Below, in pieces: positions 29,700 to 39,733 of a stretch of DNA of 64,000 bases. The position numbers and the translations under genes were made by a program. Each line of letters opens with the position of its first letter. Position 1 is the stretch's first letter. The stretch is from an uncultured delta proteobacterium (lineage in GTDB: Bacteria > Desulfobacterota > WTBG01 > CAIYCZ01 > CAIRTM01), in the NCBI GenBank assembly GCA_963804955.1, contig CAWDSQ010000014.1, positions 192,001-256,000 of the forward strand. The letters run 5' to 3'. The notes under the pieces were generated by a model. It was not told the origin of the DNA. It searched no databases and was given only the letters and a program-made list of their open reading frames with translations.

Positions 29700-31118
29700 A
29701 TGGAAGTCCAGAGTGAAATTAAAAAAGATGTAAAAAAGTTTGCAGGCATAGAAATTCCGCCGGATCTAACCAGGTCGAATTTTTTCTTTCTGTATGTAAA
29801 CACCGTTCTCATGGGTTTGTTAATGGCTGTTTCTGCCATCATCCAGCCGGCATTTTTAAGTGATATTGTTAAAATTAAACAGGATTTCGCCGGCTCCATA
29901 AATGGACTGCTGCAGAATATGAGCCAGATTGCCACCTTTGCGTTTGTGGCCATCATCGGGGTTTTGTCAGATAAACTGGGGCGAAAAATACTGGCATTTT
30001 CGGGATTCATAGTTGTTGCATTTTTTACCTTTCTCATGAGCCAGTCCAATAGCATTGCTTCGTTTCTGAATATTCCTGCCGAATTTTCCTCCCAGATATG
30101 CGCACTGCTCAGCTTTTTCCCGGGCAGGGCTGCTGAATTCACTGATTTCGCTCCCGGGTTGCTCTGCACCTATATCACCCGTTTTGTAATCGGCATCGGT
30201 CTTGTCCTTGCCTATCCTCAGTTTATTACCATGGTGGCTGACTATACCTATGAGAAGGACCGCGGCAAAGGCATGGCAATGAACGGAGCCAGTATGGGCA
30301 TTGCAGCGCTGCTGGTCTTTGTAATTCTCGCTCCAATCCAGAAAAAGGCTGGGGTTCTAAATCTCATGTATATTATTTCAGGAGTTGCAATTGCAGGTGC
30401 AATTTGCACGGGGGTATTTCTGAGAGATAGGATACAGGAATCAAAGCTAAAAAAAATCGGGTTTTTTAATATAATTCCGATGGTACGAAAAAGCCTGCCG
30501 ATTAAAACAAGTTATCTGTGTGCGCTGGTGACCAGGGCTGATATTATGGTTCTCACCGCATTTTTAGTGACTTGGGCTGTTAAATATGGCCAGCAGGTCA
30601 AAATGGCTTCAAACGACGCAACTATGAAATCAGCTATTCCAATGATAATCATGGGTGTTTTTTCATTGATTGCTTTTCCAATAGTCGGCATCATGATTGA
30701 CAAATGGGGCAGAATACAGATAATCATACTTGCTCTTTTTAGCAGCGCATTTGGGATGACTCTTCTCGCTTTGTCTCCTAATCCATTCAGTAGTGTCGTG
30801 TATTTTGCGGTCATATTTATTGCAATTGGCATGGCTGGATCTATAGCAGGAGCCAATGCTTTGGCAGCAGATAATTCCCCCCCGGGTATGGTGGGATCAA
30901 TTCTGGGAGGTCTTAATACCATGCAGCCAGTTGGAGTATTGTTTTTCCTTGGGCTTGGCGGATATTTATTTGACGTGTTTGGACCTGGATGGGCTTTTGG
31001 GCTGAAAGGTGCTGCAAGCTTGATGCTTGGCATATGGGTATTTGCTGTAAGGGGCAACCTTATGGGGGAGCTGCGGCAGGCACCCGGCCATTACCCCCCC
31101 CCCCCCCCGAGCAAATAG
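29700..31118 (+). CDS. MFS transporter
   Basis: ~12 TM, GVLSDKLGRK and GIMIDKWGR MFS motifs, RGKGMA. Confidence 0.92.
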   Translation: MEVQSEIKKDVKKFAGIEIPPDLTRSNFFFLYVNTVLMGLLMAVSAIIQPAFLSDIVKIKQDFAGSINGLLQNMSQIATFAFVAIIGVLSDKLGRKILAFSGFIVVAFFTFLMSQSNSIASFLNIPAEFSSQICALLSFFPGRAAEFTDFAPGLLCTYITRFVIGIGLVLAYPQFITMVADYTYEKDRGKGMAMNGASMGIAALLVFVILAPIQKKAGVLNLMYIISGVAIAGAICTGVFLRDRIQESKLKKIGFFNIIPMVRKSLPIKTSYLCALVTRADIMVLTAFLVTWAVKYGQQVKMASNDATMKSAIPMIIMGVFSLIAFPIVGIMIDKWGRIQIIILALFSSAFGMTLLALSPNPFSSVVYFAVIFIAIGMAGSIAGANALAADNSPPGMVGSILGGLNTMQPVGVLFFLGLGGYLFDVFGPGWAFGLKGAASLMLGIWVFAVRGNLMGELRQAPGHYPPPPPSK

Positions 31119-31237
31119 TGGCAACTGACAAAGGAATGTTATGAAGCCGTCTCAAATCGCTACAGATACGGCGATGCCCCAATTTTCTGGTTCGGCGAAT
31201 ATCAATAATGATATTTTCATCATAATTAGTGAGCATG
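31113..31237 (-). mobile_element. IS481-family transposase remnant
   Basis: Minus-strand fragment IIDIRRTRKLGHRRICSDLRRLHNIPLSVATI resembles the IS481 HTH region; no integrase core. Confidence 0.55.
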
Positions 31238-31741
31238 AACAACCCCTTTTTATCAAAGCGTAAATGCGTGACTGTCAATAAATTAGAAGCCCCACAGCTC
31301 TCTGGAGATACCTGGTGGTATATAAAAAGCAAAAAGTCTGACTCCTTGCGGAATAATATATAACTACCCAGCGCGCGGACTCGAACCACGGATACTGGGA
31401 GCTTACTATAAAGCTTTGATTGCTTTATGTCAGAAATTTTGTAATTTTTTTGAGGAGAGTGACAGGTGTGTGACACGGCTGGGATAGCCGTATAAGGGGT
31501 AAGGGAACCGGCTAATTTTGTGAAGAATCATACAGGCCTAACTACTAGATAGAGTGTTTGGGCCTTTTCTCTAAAAAGTCAACATTACGTGATAGAATGT
31601 GGATATGCGAGACATGCCATGTCTCTGTCATTTAAGGGGTGAAGTCGGAACACAAGACCTCATACTGACCTGCGCCCCCTAACGAAAAAGCCTGCAAAAA
31701 TACGCCCCTCCATTCAAAATAAAGGCGGTCGGGGCGGCATA

Positions 31742-32086
31742 TCACATCGGGTTTTCATAAAAAACGTAGGTCGAAAAATCGCTGATCTCAAAATAAGTCT
31801 TTTTCTCACCCGGGTCCACCTGGTAGTTCAAATTCGCATCGATATGTCCGTAACCATAGCGGTATGAGCGTGCTTCAGGCTCGCCGGTACCGAGGGCCGT
31901 TGACATCTTATCGATTTTGATGAACCGCTTCACAAGCTTGTCGCCGGCATACACATCAACAACGCCGTTGGTGCCGGTCCAGTTTTGAATGCTGCGGCCC
32001 AGGCGGTTCTGCGACTCCTGCGTGCAGGCGGCACAGCAGACGACCAGGGCGCAGATTTCAACTGATAATAAAATTTTTTGCTTCAT
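31742..32086 (-). CDS. Conserved hypothetical lipoprotein
   Basis: Start MKQKILL after AGGGAG, lipobox CAAC, compact soluble domain. Confidence 0.7.
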   Translation of the reverse strand: MKQKILLSVEICALVVCCAACTQESQNRLGRSIQNWTGTNGVVDVYAGDKLVKRFIKIDKMSTALGTGEPEARSYRYGYGHIDANLNYQVDPGEKKTYFEISDFSTYVFYENPM

Positions 32087-32159
32087 GATGGTGCTCCCTT
32101 TATAAAGTTTTCCCACAAACAAGAGAACAATATTAATAATTAAAACATTTCTATTCCCT

Positions 32160-32322
32160 CCCCCTTTGGAGACTGTGTCGCAATTAACTTTGCTGTCATC
32201 TCGACCGAAGGGAGAGATCTTTGTAGTAAGTAAAATCAAGGGCTTAAGATTTCTCACCGCCTGCGGCGGATTCGAAATGACATTAATAAATCAATTGCGA
32301 CACAGGCTCTTGCTAAAGGGGG
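32160..32322. mobile_element. Nested palindromic non-autonomous element (MITE-like)
   Basis: 17-bp IR GAGACTGTGTCGCAATT / AATTGCGACACAGGCTC (1 mismatch) enclosing TGTCATCTCGA..GAGAGATCT / AGATTTCTC..TTCGAAATGACA, flanked by CCCCCTTT / AAAGGGGG. Confidence 0.7.
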
Positions 32323-32358
32323 AATTTTTCTCGCACCCTTTTTAGCAGAACGTTGTAC

Positions 32359-33403
32359 TTAATCGATTTGCGGCAGCGGCGTGTCCTTGGTCGGCACCGG
32401 CAGAATCGGGTACTCGACCTTTGGCTGCACGCCCGTGGTTGTTTTCAAAAAATCAGCAATTTTTTCAATCTCGTCCTTCGACAGCTTGATGCCGAGCTGA
32501 GCCGAACCCATGATACCGGTAGCCTCCTTCAGGCACCAGACTTTCCCTGAATGGAAATAGGGGGTCGTTAGCTCTATATTGCGAAGAGAAGGAGATTTGA
32601 ACACATACTGATCCGACTGCGAGCCCGTGAGCTTGAAGCGGCCCGTATCGCCTGCGGTAATTTCCGTTTGTGGGTTTTTCCACAACACCGAAGGGGAAAT
32701 AGCCCGTGCCGCCCATATTGATCCCGCCATGGCAGGACGCGCAGCCCTTGTTCATGAACAGCTGCAAGCCGTCTTTGTCGCGGGCCGTCAGGGCCTTTTC
32801 ATCGCCCTTCAGATACTTGTCAAAGGGGGAATCGGGTGTGAGCAGCGTCGCCTCGAACGCCTCTATGGCCTTGGCCATGGTGTCAAACGTCAAGGGGGTT
32901 TTCTCGGCGCTGAAGGCTTTCTTGAAGGCAGCTACATACTCGGGCATGCTTTCAAGGGTCTTGACCACCTGCTCGGGGGTATTGCTCATCTCGACCGATG
33001 CCTGCACCGGCCCTTTGGCCTGCTGCATCAGGTCGGTGGCGCGGCCGTCCCAGAACTGGGCGATATTAAACACCGAGTTGAGCACGGTCGGAGAATTGCG
33101 GCCGCCCTTCTGCCACTTGTGCCCTATCGAGGTTTCCTGAAAATCGGCGCCGCCAAGGCCCAGATTATGGCAGGTATTGCAGCTGATAAGGCCGCTGCGG
33201 GAAAGCCGGGGGTCGAAGTACAGCATGGCGCCCAGGGCGATCTTCTCCGGCGTCACGGGATTGTGGCCGATTGCCGGGGGAGTTGCGGGGATCGGTTTAA
33301 ACAGGGCCTGCGCCTGCTGCATGACCGGATCGGCCGTTGCGGCAAAGGATGCAGAGACCCCTAAAAAAATAATAGCAATGACAACAGTGACGACTTTTTT
33401 CAT
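32359..33403 (-). CDS. ccp: Di-heme cytochrome c peroxidase (frameshift near 32670-32680)
   Basis: Signal peptide, SCNTCH, QFWDGRA, GCASCH, then FKSPSLRNIELTTPYFHSG in the adjacent frame. Confidence 0.92.
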
Positions 33404-33462
33404 GGCATGACTCCTTTTAACGTTATGATTGCGTAATATTTGAACATCTGCCGCATATCTTG

Positions 33463-34419
33463 TCAAACAAAAATCAGGTCAAGCTGAGCAGCAGTCTCTA
33501 TGGTAAGACCGCTGCCGGGAGCAGGCAAATCTTCGTAGAGTTCCCCGTCTGCCTGAAAGCAGGTCGTTCCTGAACAGTGTATTGTAAGGCTGCGTGCCTG
33601 AAACTGCATAAGCGATGGCAGAAGCCGCGGCAGCGGCAGCTTTACAAACCGGGTCATATGCAGCATGAACCACTGCGGCAGCGTTGCAGCGATCGTAACC
33701 TCGAAAAGGCCGTCGTCAATGCGGCAGTGATCCGAAGGCCTGGCGCCTGCGGCATAGCTCGGTATGCTCGTCACCAACACCTGCCGCGCCCCCTGCCCTA
33801 TCTGCAGCGTACGGGGCTGCTTGTCCGTATCGGCATACCGAAGTTCCAGGGCAAAGGGCATATGATACAGCAGATTCCGGCCTGCAAACCAGGCATAGGC
33901 AACTCTGCCGCCAAATACTGCGGCGGCTGCACGCATGAACGGCGAATGCCGCAGGCGGTTGTAATCATTTGAAATTTTCGCATCGAGGCCGATGCCGCAG
34001 TAGTTGGTGAAGAAAAGTTCGCCGTTGACGCTGAATATATCAAGCCGTCGCGTGCTTTCGGCAAGAAGGGCCTTCACAAGCGGCCTTAGACCATTTTGTT
34101 TATAGAGCCGATAGGAGCCTGATACGCGGGCAAGATCATTCCCGGTACCGATGGGGATGATGCCCAGGCGGGGCTTTTTCTCACGGCGCGCAAGCTCCTG
34201 CACAATACGGGCTGCGGTGCCGTCGCCGCCTGCGGCAATAATGCTGTCATAGGAGGCAAAATCGCCCTGGAAAATCGACGGCCCGCCGTCCTGAGTAAAA
34301 GCTGTGTCGCAGGCAGTCTGTGCTCCCAGATCGTGCAGTATAAATTCAAGGCTTTCCTTGAGGCTAGCGCCTGCGCGGCCACCGGATACGGGATTGATAA
34401 GAAAAAGGGTTTTTTTCAT
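33463..34419 (-). CDS. Diacylglycerol kinase family lipid kinase
   Basis: INPVSGG, AAGGDGT, IPIGTGNDLAR, FQADGE. Confidence 0.92.
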   Translation of the reverse strand: MKKTLFLINPVSGGRAGASLKESLEFILHDLGAQTACDTAFTQDGGPSIFQGDFASYDSIIAAGGDGTAARIVQELARREKKPRLGIIPIGTGNDLARVSGSYRLYKQNGLRPLVKALLAESTRRLDIFSVNGELFFTNYCGIGLDAKISNDYNRLRHSPFMRAAAAVFGGRVAYAWFAGRNLLYHMPFALELRYADTDKQPRTLQIGQGARQVLVTSIPSYAAGARPSDHCRIDDGLFEVTIAATLPQWFMLHMTRFVKLPLPRLLPSLMQFQARSLTIHCSGTTCFQADGELYEDLPAPGSGLTIETAAQLDLIFV

Positions 34420-34442
34420 ACAGGCTGATGCAACAAGGGCTG

Positions 34443-34913
34443 CTAGGCAACCGGTTTGCGGTTTTTTAAATAAGCCGCCATTAATTCTTGAAAGGCCTGA
34501 CGCACTTCAGGATCGCCGATATGGGCCGACTGGACCTGTGTTGACAGCTTTTCGTCATCGTCAAGCTCGGGCAGCGGGCTCTCTTCATCATGCTGGCGCC
34601 CCGGCGACGCAACCGGCCCCACCTTAAAACGGATATCGGTAATTTTTTGTCCGCTGAGCCCGGCATTGAGTTTTTCAAGCAGCATGTCGCGCAGAAAATG
34701 AAGCTCCTGCACCCATACCGAGCTTGTGACATTGACATGCAGTACGCCGCCGCGCACCAGCACCGGGTTTGCATTGCGTGCTATCTGGTCACCTACGGCT
34801 GCAGTCCAGAGCCGGTACAGCATGACCTGCTCCATTTTGTCCTCAATATTCAGCTCATGGGCAACGTCTCTGAGCACGCTGTCCAGCGTTGTCAGTTGAG
34901 ATTTTTTTCTCAT
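34443..34913 (-). CDS. DUF721 / DciA family protein
   Basis: W.AAVGDQIARNANP...VLHVNVTSSVWVQEL..L...LN..ITDIRFKVG; start overlaps fmt stop. Confidence 0.85.
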   Translation of the reverse strand: MRKKSQLTTLDSVLRDVAHELNIEDKMEQVMLYRLWTAAVGDQIARNANPVLVRGGVLHVNVTSSVWVQELHFLRDMLLEKLNAGLSGQKITDIRFKVGPVASPGRQHDEESPLPELDDDEKLSTQVQSAHIGDPEVRQAFQELMAAYLKNRKPVA

Positions 34914-35863
34914 AAACGCAGCCCCTCCGCAAAACTCATTCCGGCTGCAAGGCGATATCCTTTTAAAAAAACGCCTGCCGGCATGCGTTTTTTTCCCTCG
35001 AGCTGCACCTCCTGCACAAGAACCGATCCCCGGCCCGCGGCCACCTCGATGCCGCCGGACGCAGCAGCGACGACAGTCCCTGGCCGGGTGGAGCAAGTTT
35101 TTTCCAGCGCCTCAGCGCGGTGCACTTTCAGCATTTTACCCTCAAGCCACGTGTAGCAGCCGGGCCAGGGCGTCATGCCGCGAACCTGATTGACAAGGCT
35201 TCGGGCATCTTTTTCCCAGTCTATAAGCCCGTCTTCTTTTTTCATCATGGCGGCATACGTTGCCCTGGCCTCATCCTGCGCCACTGGCTCCCATGCTCCG
35301 TCTCTCAGCTGGTCCAGTGCTTTCCCCAGAAGCTTAGCGCCCAGCACAGCAAGCCTGTCGTGCAGGGTTTGGGCCGTGTCTTCGGGCAGTATGGGCATGG
35401 GGTCCTGCAGAAGAATGGCCCCCGTATCCATGCCCGCATCAAGCTGCATGATGGTAACGCCGGTTTCCGTATCGCCATTGATAATGGCCCACTGTATGGG
35501 TGCCGCTCCCCGGTATGCAGGCAGCAGCGATGAGTGCACATTGATAAACCCGTGCCGGGGGATATTCAGCAGCGCCTGCGGAAAAATCTGGCCGAAGGCC
35601 ACCACCACGGCAAGATCAGGCTTCAACTGCCGGAATGTTTCCAGAAACTCCGGTGCGCGAACCCGTTCCGGCTGCAGCACCGGCAGATTGTGTTTGAACG
35701 CAAGCTCCTTGACAGGCGATGGCTTTACCTGCTGGCCGCGGCCCACGGGCCGGTCGGGCTGCGTTACCACAGCCGCGATCTGTTCGCCCCGGTCAATAAG
35801 CTCCTGCAGCGACGGCACGGCAAATTCAGGTGTTCCAAAAAAAACGATATGAAGGCTATTCAT
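34910..35863 (-). CDS. fmt: Methionyl-tRNA formyltransferase
   Basis: FFGTPEFA, VTQPDRP, NVHSSLLPAYRGAAPIQ, PWPG. Confidence 0.97.
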   Translation of the reverse strand: MNSLHIVFFGTPEFAVPSLQELIDRGEQIAAVVTQPDRPVGRGQQVKPSPVKELAFKHNLPVLQPERVRAPEFLETFRQLKPDLAVVVAFGQIFPQALLNIPRHGFINVHSSLLPAYRGAAPIQWAIINGDTETGVTIMQLDAGMDTGAILLQDPMPILPEDTAQTLHDRLAVLGAKLLGKALDQLRDGAWEPVAQDEARATYAAMMKKEDGLIDWEKDARSLVNQVRGMTPWPGCYTWLEGKMLKVHRAEALEKTCSTRPGTVVAAASGGIEVAAGRGSVLVQEVQLEGKKRMPAGVFLKGYRLAAGMSFAEGLRL

Positions 35864-36026
35864 TGAATCCTCATGGTGTAAAAAAATACGCGTCTCGTGT
35901 GTGATATACTGCAAGGCAGTGCCCTGTCAACAGCAATCATTTTTGATAACAATTAAAACACACTGTCGATTTGAATTCCCTTTAATTTATGCTATATAAA
36001 TTTCGATACGCTATTTTTTGAAATAT

Positions 36027-36560
36027 ATGGACTACAGAGTAAACCATTCAGTTATCGAGCTTTTTCAAGGCGACATCACCAGGCTGCAGGTGGATGCCAT
36101 TGTCAATGCGGCAAATTCCCGCCTGGCCGGCGGCGGCGGGGTCGACGGCGCCATTCACCGCGCAGGAGGGCCTGCCATTATGGCTGCATGCCGCAAAATC
36201 GGCGGCTGCCCCACGGGTGATGCGGTCATCACCACAGGGGGCGATCTTGCAGCAAAATATGTCATCCATACTGTCGGGCCGGTCTACCGCGGCGGCAGCT
36301 CCGGAGAGCCGAAACTATTGCGGAATGCCTATGCCAACAGCCTGAATCTTGCTGAAAAAAACGGCCTGAAATCACTGGCCTTTCCCTCAATTAGCACGGG
36401 CGTGTATGGCTACCCGATTGAGGAGGCCTCAAAAATAGCCATACGCGCCATCGTCGATCACTTAAAAGGGCAGACAATTATTAAAAAAGTGGTATTTGTG
36501 CTTTTCAGCTCCCCTGATTTAGAGGTATATACAAAGAACATGCAGCCGTTTTGTACCTAG
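36027..36560 (+). CDS. Macrodomain O-acetyl-ADP-ribose deacetylase (YmdB-like)
   Basis: GDIT, VNAAN..L.GGGGVDGAIH, IHTVGP, FPSISTGVYGYP. Confidence 0.95.
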   Translation: MDYRVNHSVIELFQGDITRLQVDAIVNAANSRLAGGGGVDGAIHRAGGPAIMAACRKIGGCPTGDAVITTGGDLAAKYVIHTVGPVYRGGSSGEPKLLRNAYANSLNLAEKNGLKSLAFPSISTGVYGYPIEEASKIAIRAIVDHLKGQTIIKKVVFVLFSSPDLEVYTKNMQPFCT

Positions 36561-36671
36561 CGCCAAAGTGCACTGTATGGAATTTCCGCGGTAATCAGCA
36601 GCGGCGGGCTGCTGCAGGAAAATCAGCCAAAAAAATATCAGGTGTAATAAGAATTCAACAGGAGACACACA

Positions 36672-37520
36672 ATGTGGGACTACAATGAAAAAGTAAAAGA
36701 GCATTTTCTCAACCCGCGCAATGTCGGTGAGATAAAGGATGCTGATGCAGTAGGAGAGGCAGGCTCCCTTGCCTGCGGCGACCAGCTGAAACTTATGCTG
36801 AAGGTGAACGATAAAGGCATTATCACCGATGCCAAGTTCCAGACCTTCGGCTGCGGCAGCGCCATAGCCTCGGCCTCGGCGCTCACTGAGCTGATTATCG
36901 GCAAAAGCATGGACGATGTGGCAAAAATAACCAATAAGGACATCGTTGACTATCTGGGCGGGCTGCCGGTTGAAAAAATGCACTGCTCGGTCATGGGCCA
37001 TGAGGCTCTGGAAGCGGCCGTGAGCAACTACTATGGCGAAAGCCCCGAAACGCTCGAGGCCAAAAAAAAGCATGTCGTGTGCGAGTGCTTCGGCGTGACC
37101 GACCAGGAGATCATCAGCGTCGTGCGCGACAACAAACTCCTGACGGTGGAGGATGTGACCCACTATACCAAAGCGGGAGGAGGCTGCATGTCGTGCCACG
37201 ATAAAATCCGGGCGCTCATCGAAAAAGTGGCCGGCGAGTCTGAAAAGGCCGCCCCGCCGAAACCGGAGGCAAAAAAGCTCACCAACCTGCAGAAGGTAAA
37301 GCTCATCGAAGAAACCTTCGAAAAAGAAATCCGGCCCATGCTGCGCGCCGACGGCGGCGACATTGAGCTGATCGATATTGAGGGCAGCCGCGTGACCGTG
37401 TCGCTGCGGGGCATGTGCTCCTCCTGCACGAGCGCAAGCTTTACCCTTAAAAAATACATCGAGCCCAAGCTGCGCGAATTTGTCAGCGATGATATTACTG
37501 TAGAGGAGGTGAAGCCGTGA
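36672..37520 (+). CDS. nifU: Fe-S cluster assembly scaffold NifU
   Basis: IscU domain (ACGD, FGCGSA, KMHCS), BFD-like CECFG...GCMSC, C-terminal Nfu GMCSSC. Confidence 0.96.
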   Translation: MWDYNEKVKEHFLNPRNVGEIKDADAVGEAGSLACGDQLKLMLKVNDKGIITDAKFQTFGCGSAIASASALTELIIGKSMDDVAKITNKDIVDYLGGLPVEKMHCSVMGHEALEAAVSNYYGESPETLEAKKKHVVCECFGVTDQEIISVVRDNKLLTVEDVTHYTKAGGGCMSCHDKIRALIEKVAGESEKAAPPKPEAKKLTNLQKVKLIEETFEKEIRPMLRADGGDIELIDIEGSRVTVSLRGMCSSCTSASFTLKKYIEPKLREFVSDDITVEEVKP

Positions 37521-38695
37521 GCCAGAACGTGGTCTACACAGACAACAATGCCACAACCATGGTCGCCCCGGAAGTTGTGGAGGCCATGACGCCGTTTTTC
37601 TCGCAGCTCTACGGCAATGCTTCAAGCATGCATTTTTTCGGGGGCCAGATAAAAAGGCCTGTTGATGAGGCCCGGGCGAAAGTGGCAGCGCTCATCAACG
37701 CCGACCCGGCTGAAATCATTTTTACCTCCTGCGGCACCGAAAGCGATAATTCAGCAATTCGCGGCATTCTGGCTGCGCAGCCTGAAAAGCGGCATATCAT
37801 CACATCGCGGGTTGAGCACCCTGCGGTAAAAAATGTTTTTCAACACCTGGGGAAAAACGGCTACCGCGTGAGCGAAATATCGGTTGACCGGCTGGGCCGC
37901 ATCGACCTGGACGAGCTGCGCGAAAAGCTCGACCATGAAACAGCGCTGGTGAGCATCATGTGGGCCAATAACGAGACCGGCGTTATTTTCCCTGTTAAGG
38001 AAATCGCCGAGCTGGTCAAAAGCAGGGGCGCCGTCTTCCACACCGACGCGGTGCAGGCCGCCGGCAAGGTGGGTATCGATATGAAAAAGACGCCCGTTGA
38101 TCTTTTGTCCATCTCCGGCCACAAGCTGCATGCGCCCAAGGGCATCGGAGTGCTGTACCTGCGCAAGGGCGTCCACTGCGTACCTTTCATGATGGGAGGG
38201 CACCAGGAAAACGGCCGCCGCGCAGGCACTGAAAATGTGCCCTATATTGTCGGCCTTGGCAGGGCATGCGAGCTCGCGCATCAGTTTATGAGCGTTGAGC
38301 AGCGGGAGGTGGCGCGCCTGCGGGATCTGCTGGAAAGCGAGCTTACGGAAAAGGCCATCGATGCAACCGTGAACGGCGATATCGAGCACCGGCTGCCCAA
38401 TACGACCAATATCAGCTTCAAATATATCGAAGGCGAATCGATACTGATGCTGCTGAGCGAGGTTGGCATAGCGGCCTCATCAGGCTCGGCCTGCACCTCC
38501 GGCTCCCTTGAGCCGTCCCATGTACTGCGGGCAATGGGCATACCCTTCACCCGCGTTCACGGTTCGGTCCGCTTCAGCCTGAGCAGGTACAACACCGAGC
38601 AGGACATTCACTGCATCGTCCAGCATATGCTGCGCATTGAAAAGCGCCTGCGGGATATTTCCCCTTTCGGCAGGGACGAAATTCATGCACACTAA
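37517..38695 (+). CDS. nifS: Cysteine desulfurase NifS
   Basis: [40 protein letters not shown]. Confidence 0.96.
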   Translation: MSQNVVYTDNNATTMVAPEVVEAMTPFFSQLYGNASSMHFFGGQIKRPVDEARAKVAALINADPAEIIFTSCGTESDNSAIRGILAAQPEKRHIITSRVEHPAVKNVFQHLGKNGYRVSEISVDRLGRIDLDELREKLDHETALVSIMWANNETGVIFPVKEIAELVKSRGAVFHTDAVQAAGKVGIDMKKTPVDLLSISGHKLHAPKGIGVLYLRKGVHCVPFMMGGHQENGRRAGTENVPYIVGLGRACELAHQFMSVEQREVARLRDLLESELTEKAIDATVNGDIEHRLPNTTNISFKYIEGESILMLLSEVGIAASSGSACTSGSLEPSHVLRAMGIPFTRVHGSVRFSLSRYNTEQDIHCIVQHMLRIEKRLRDISPFGRDEIHAH

Positions 38696-39620
38696 ACTGC
38701 CCGATATCGTCGAAGGGATTCTGACCAGCTACAGCACGCACCGCGGCATCAATCATATGGAGGGCGCCCTGCTGCCCGCGCGCGTGGCTGTTGAGGAGCT
38801 GGTGGTGACCATCCTCAACGTGCTGTTTCCCGGCTACTATGAAAAGCAGGAACTGCGCTTAAGCGACGTGAGCCTGTTCGTGTGGGAGCGCATCGTCTCG
38901 ATCTACCACGGTCTGTCAAACGAAATCGCAAAAAGCCTGCGCACCTCGGCAGATCTGGAGAGCCGGACCGATCAGGACATATCGCGGCTTGCCGTTGACA
39001 AGGTCGTTATCCTGCTGTCGCGCCTGCCCCATGTTCGGGAAAAGCTAACCGGCGATGTGCGCGCGGCCTATGAGGGCGACCCGGCCGCAAAAACCTTCGG
39101 GGAAATCATTCTGAGCTATCCGGGACTCTTCGCCATCGCCATCTACCGCGTGGCCCATGAGCTGTACCATCTGGAGGTGCCGCTGATTCCCCGCATCATG
39201 AGCGAATACGCCCACCGCTGCACCGGCATCGACATTCATCCCGGCGCACATATCGGCGACAACTTTTTTATCGATCACGGTACGGGCGTCGTCATCGGCG
39301 AAACAACCGAAATTGGCGACAATGTCCGCCTCTATCAGGGCGTGACCCTGGGGGCGCTCACCTTCCGTAAAGACGCCAAGGGCCGCATCATGAAGGGTGG
39401 CAAGCGCCACCCGACCATTGAAGACAATGTGGTCATCTATGCCGGCGCCACCATACTCGGTGGAGATACGGTTGTCGGCAGAAACTCCATCGTCGGCGGC
39501 AATGTCTGGCTGCTCGAATCCGTGCCACCCAATACCACCGTCACCCACCAACCCCCGAAGCTCTTCTTCAAAGAGAAAGAGCCTTCGCCCCGCGATGATG
39601 TCTACATGTATTATATTTAG
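38685..39620 (+). CDS. cysE: Serine O-acetyltransferase (EpsC/CysE type)
   Basis: [30 protein letters not shown]. Confidence 0.93.
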   Translation: MHTKLPDIVEGILTSYSTHRGINHMEGALLPARVAVEELVVTILNVLFPGYYEKQELRLSDVSLFVWERIVSIYHGLSNEIAKSLRTSADLESRTDQDISRLAVDKVVILLSRLPHVREKLTGDVRAAYEGDPAAKTFGEIILSYPGLFAIAIYRVAHELYHLEVPLIPRIMSEYAHRCTGIDIHPGAHIGDNFFIDHGTGVVIGETTEIGDNVRLYQGVTLGALTFRKDAKGRIMKGGKRHPTIEDNVVIYAGATILGGDTVVGRNSIVGGNVWLLESVPPNTTVTHQPPKLFFKEKEPSPRDDVYMYYI

Positions 39621-39635
39621 GATACTGTCAGTTGT

Positions 39636-39712
39636 GATTGGTTGAATCGGCTGAATTTATTAAACTGGGTTAATTGGCCGGGCTGGTTCTACTGGTTGAG
39701 TTGATTATTGGG
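39636..39712. repeat. Degenerate ~9-bp tandem repeats between convergent genes
   Basis: ATTGGTTGA / ATCGGCTGA / ACTGGGTTA / ATTGGCCGG / ACTGGTTGA. Confidence 0.45.
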
Positions 39713-39733
39713 CAGCCTACTACCATGAGCGGT

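Noticed and set aside
31546..31564. att-site duplicate of tRNA-Arg (GATAGAGTGTT match)
   Set aside because: Only 11 nt, from the D-arm rather than the 3' end; compatible with chance
36519..37625. Long antisense ORFs (also 9631-10569, 45089-46156, 32627-33364)
   Set aside because: Shadows of well-supported genes in GC-rich codon context; no motifs
36672..38695. Nitrogen fixation cluster
   Set aside because: Only nifU/nifS; no nifHDKENB in the window
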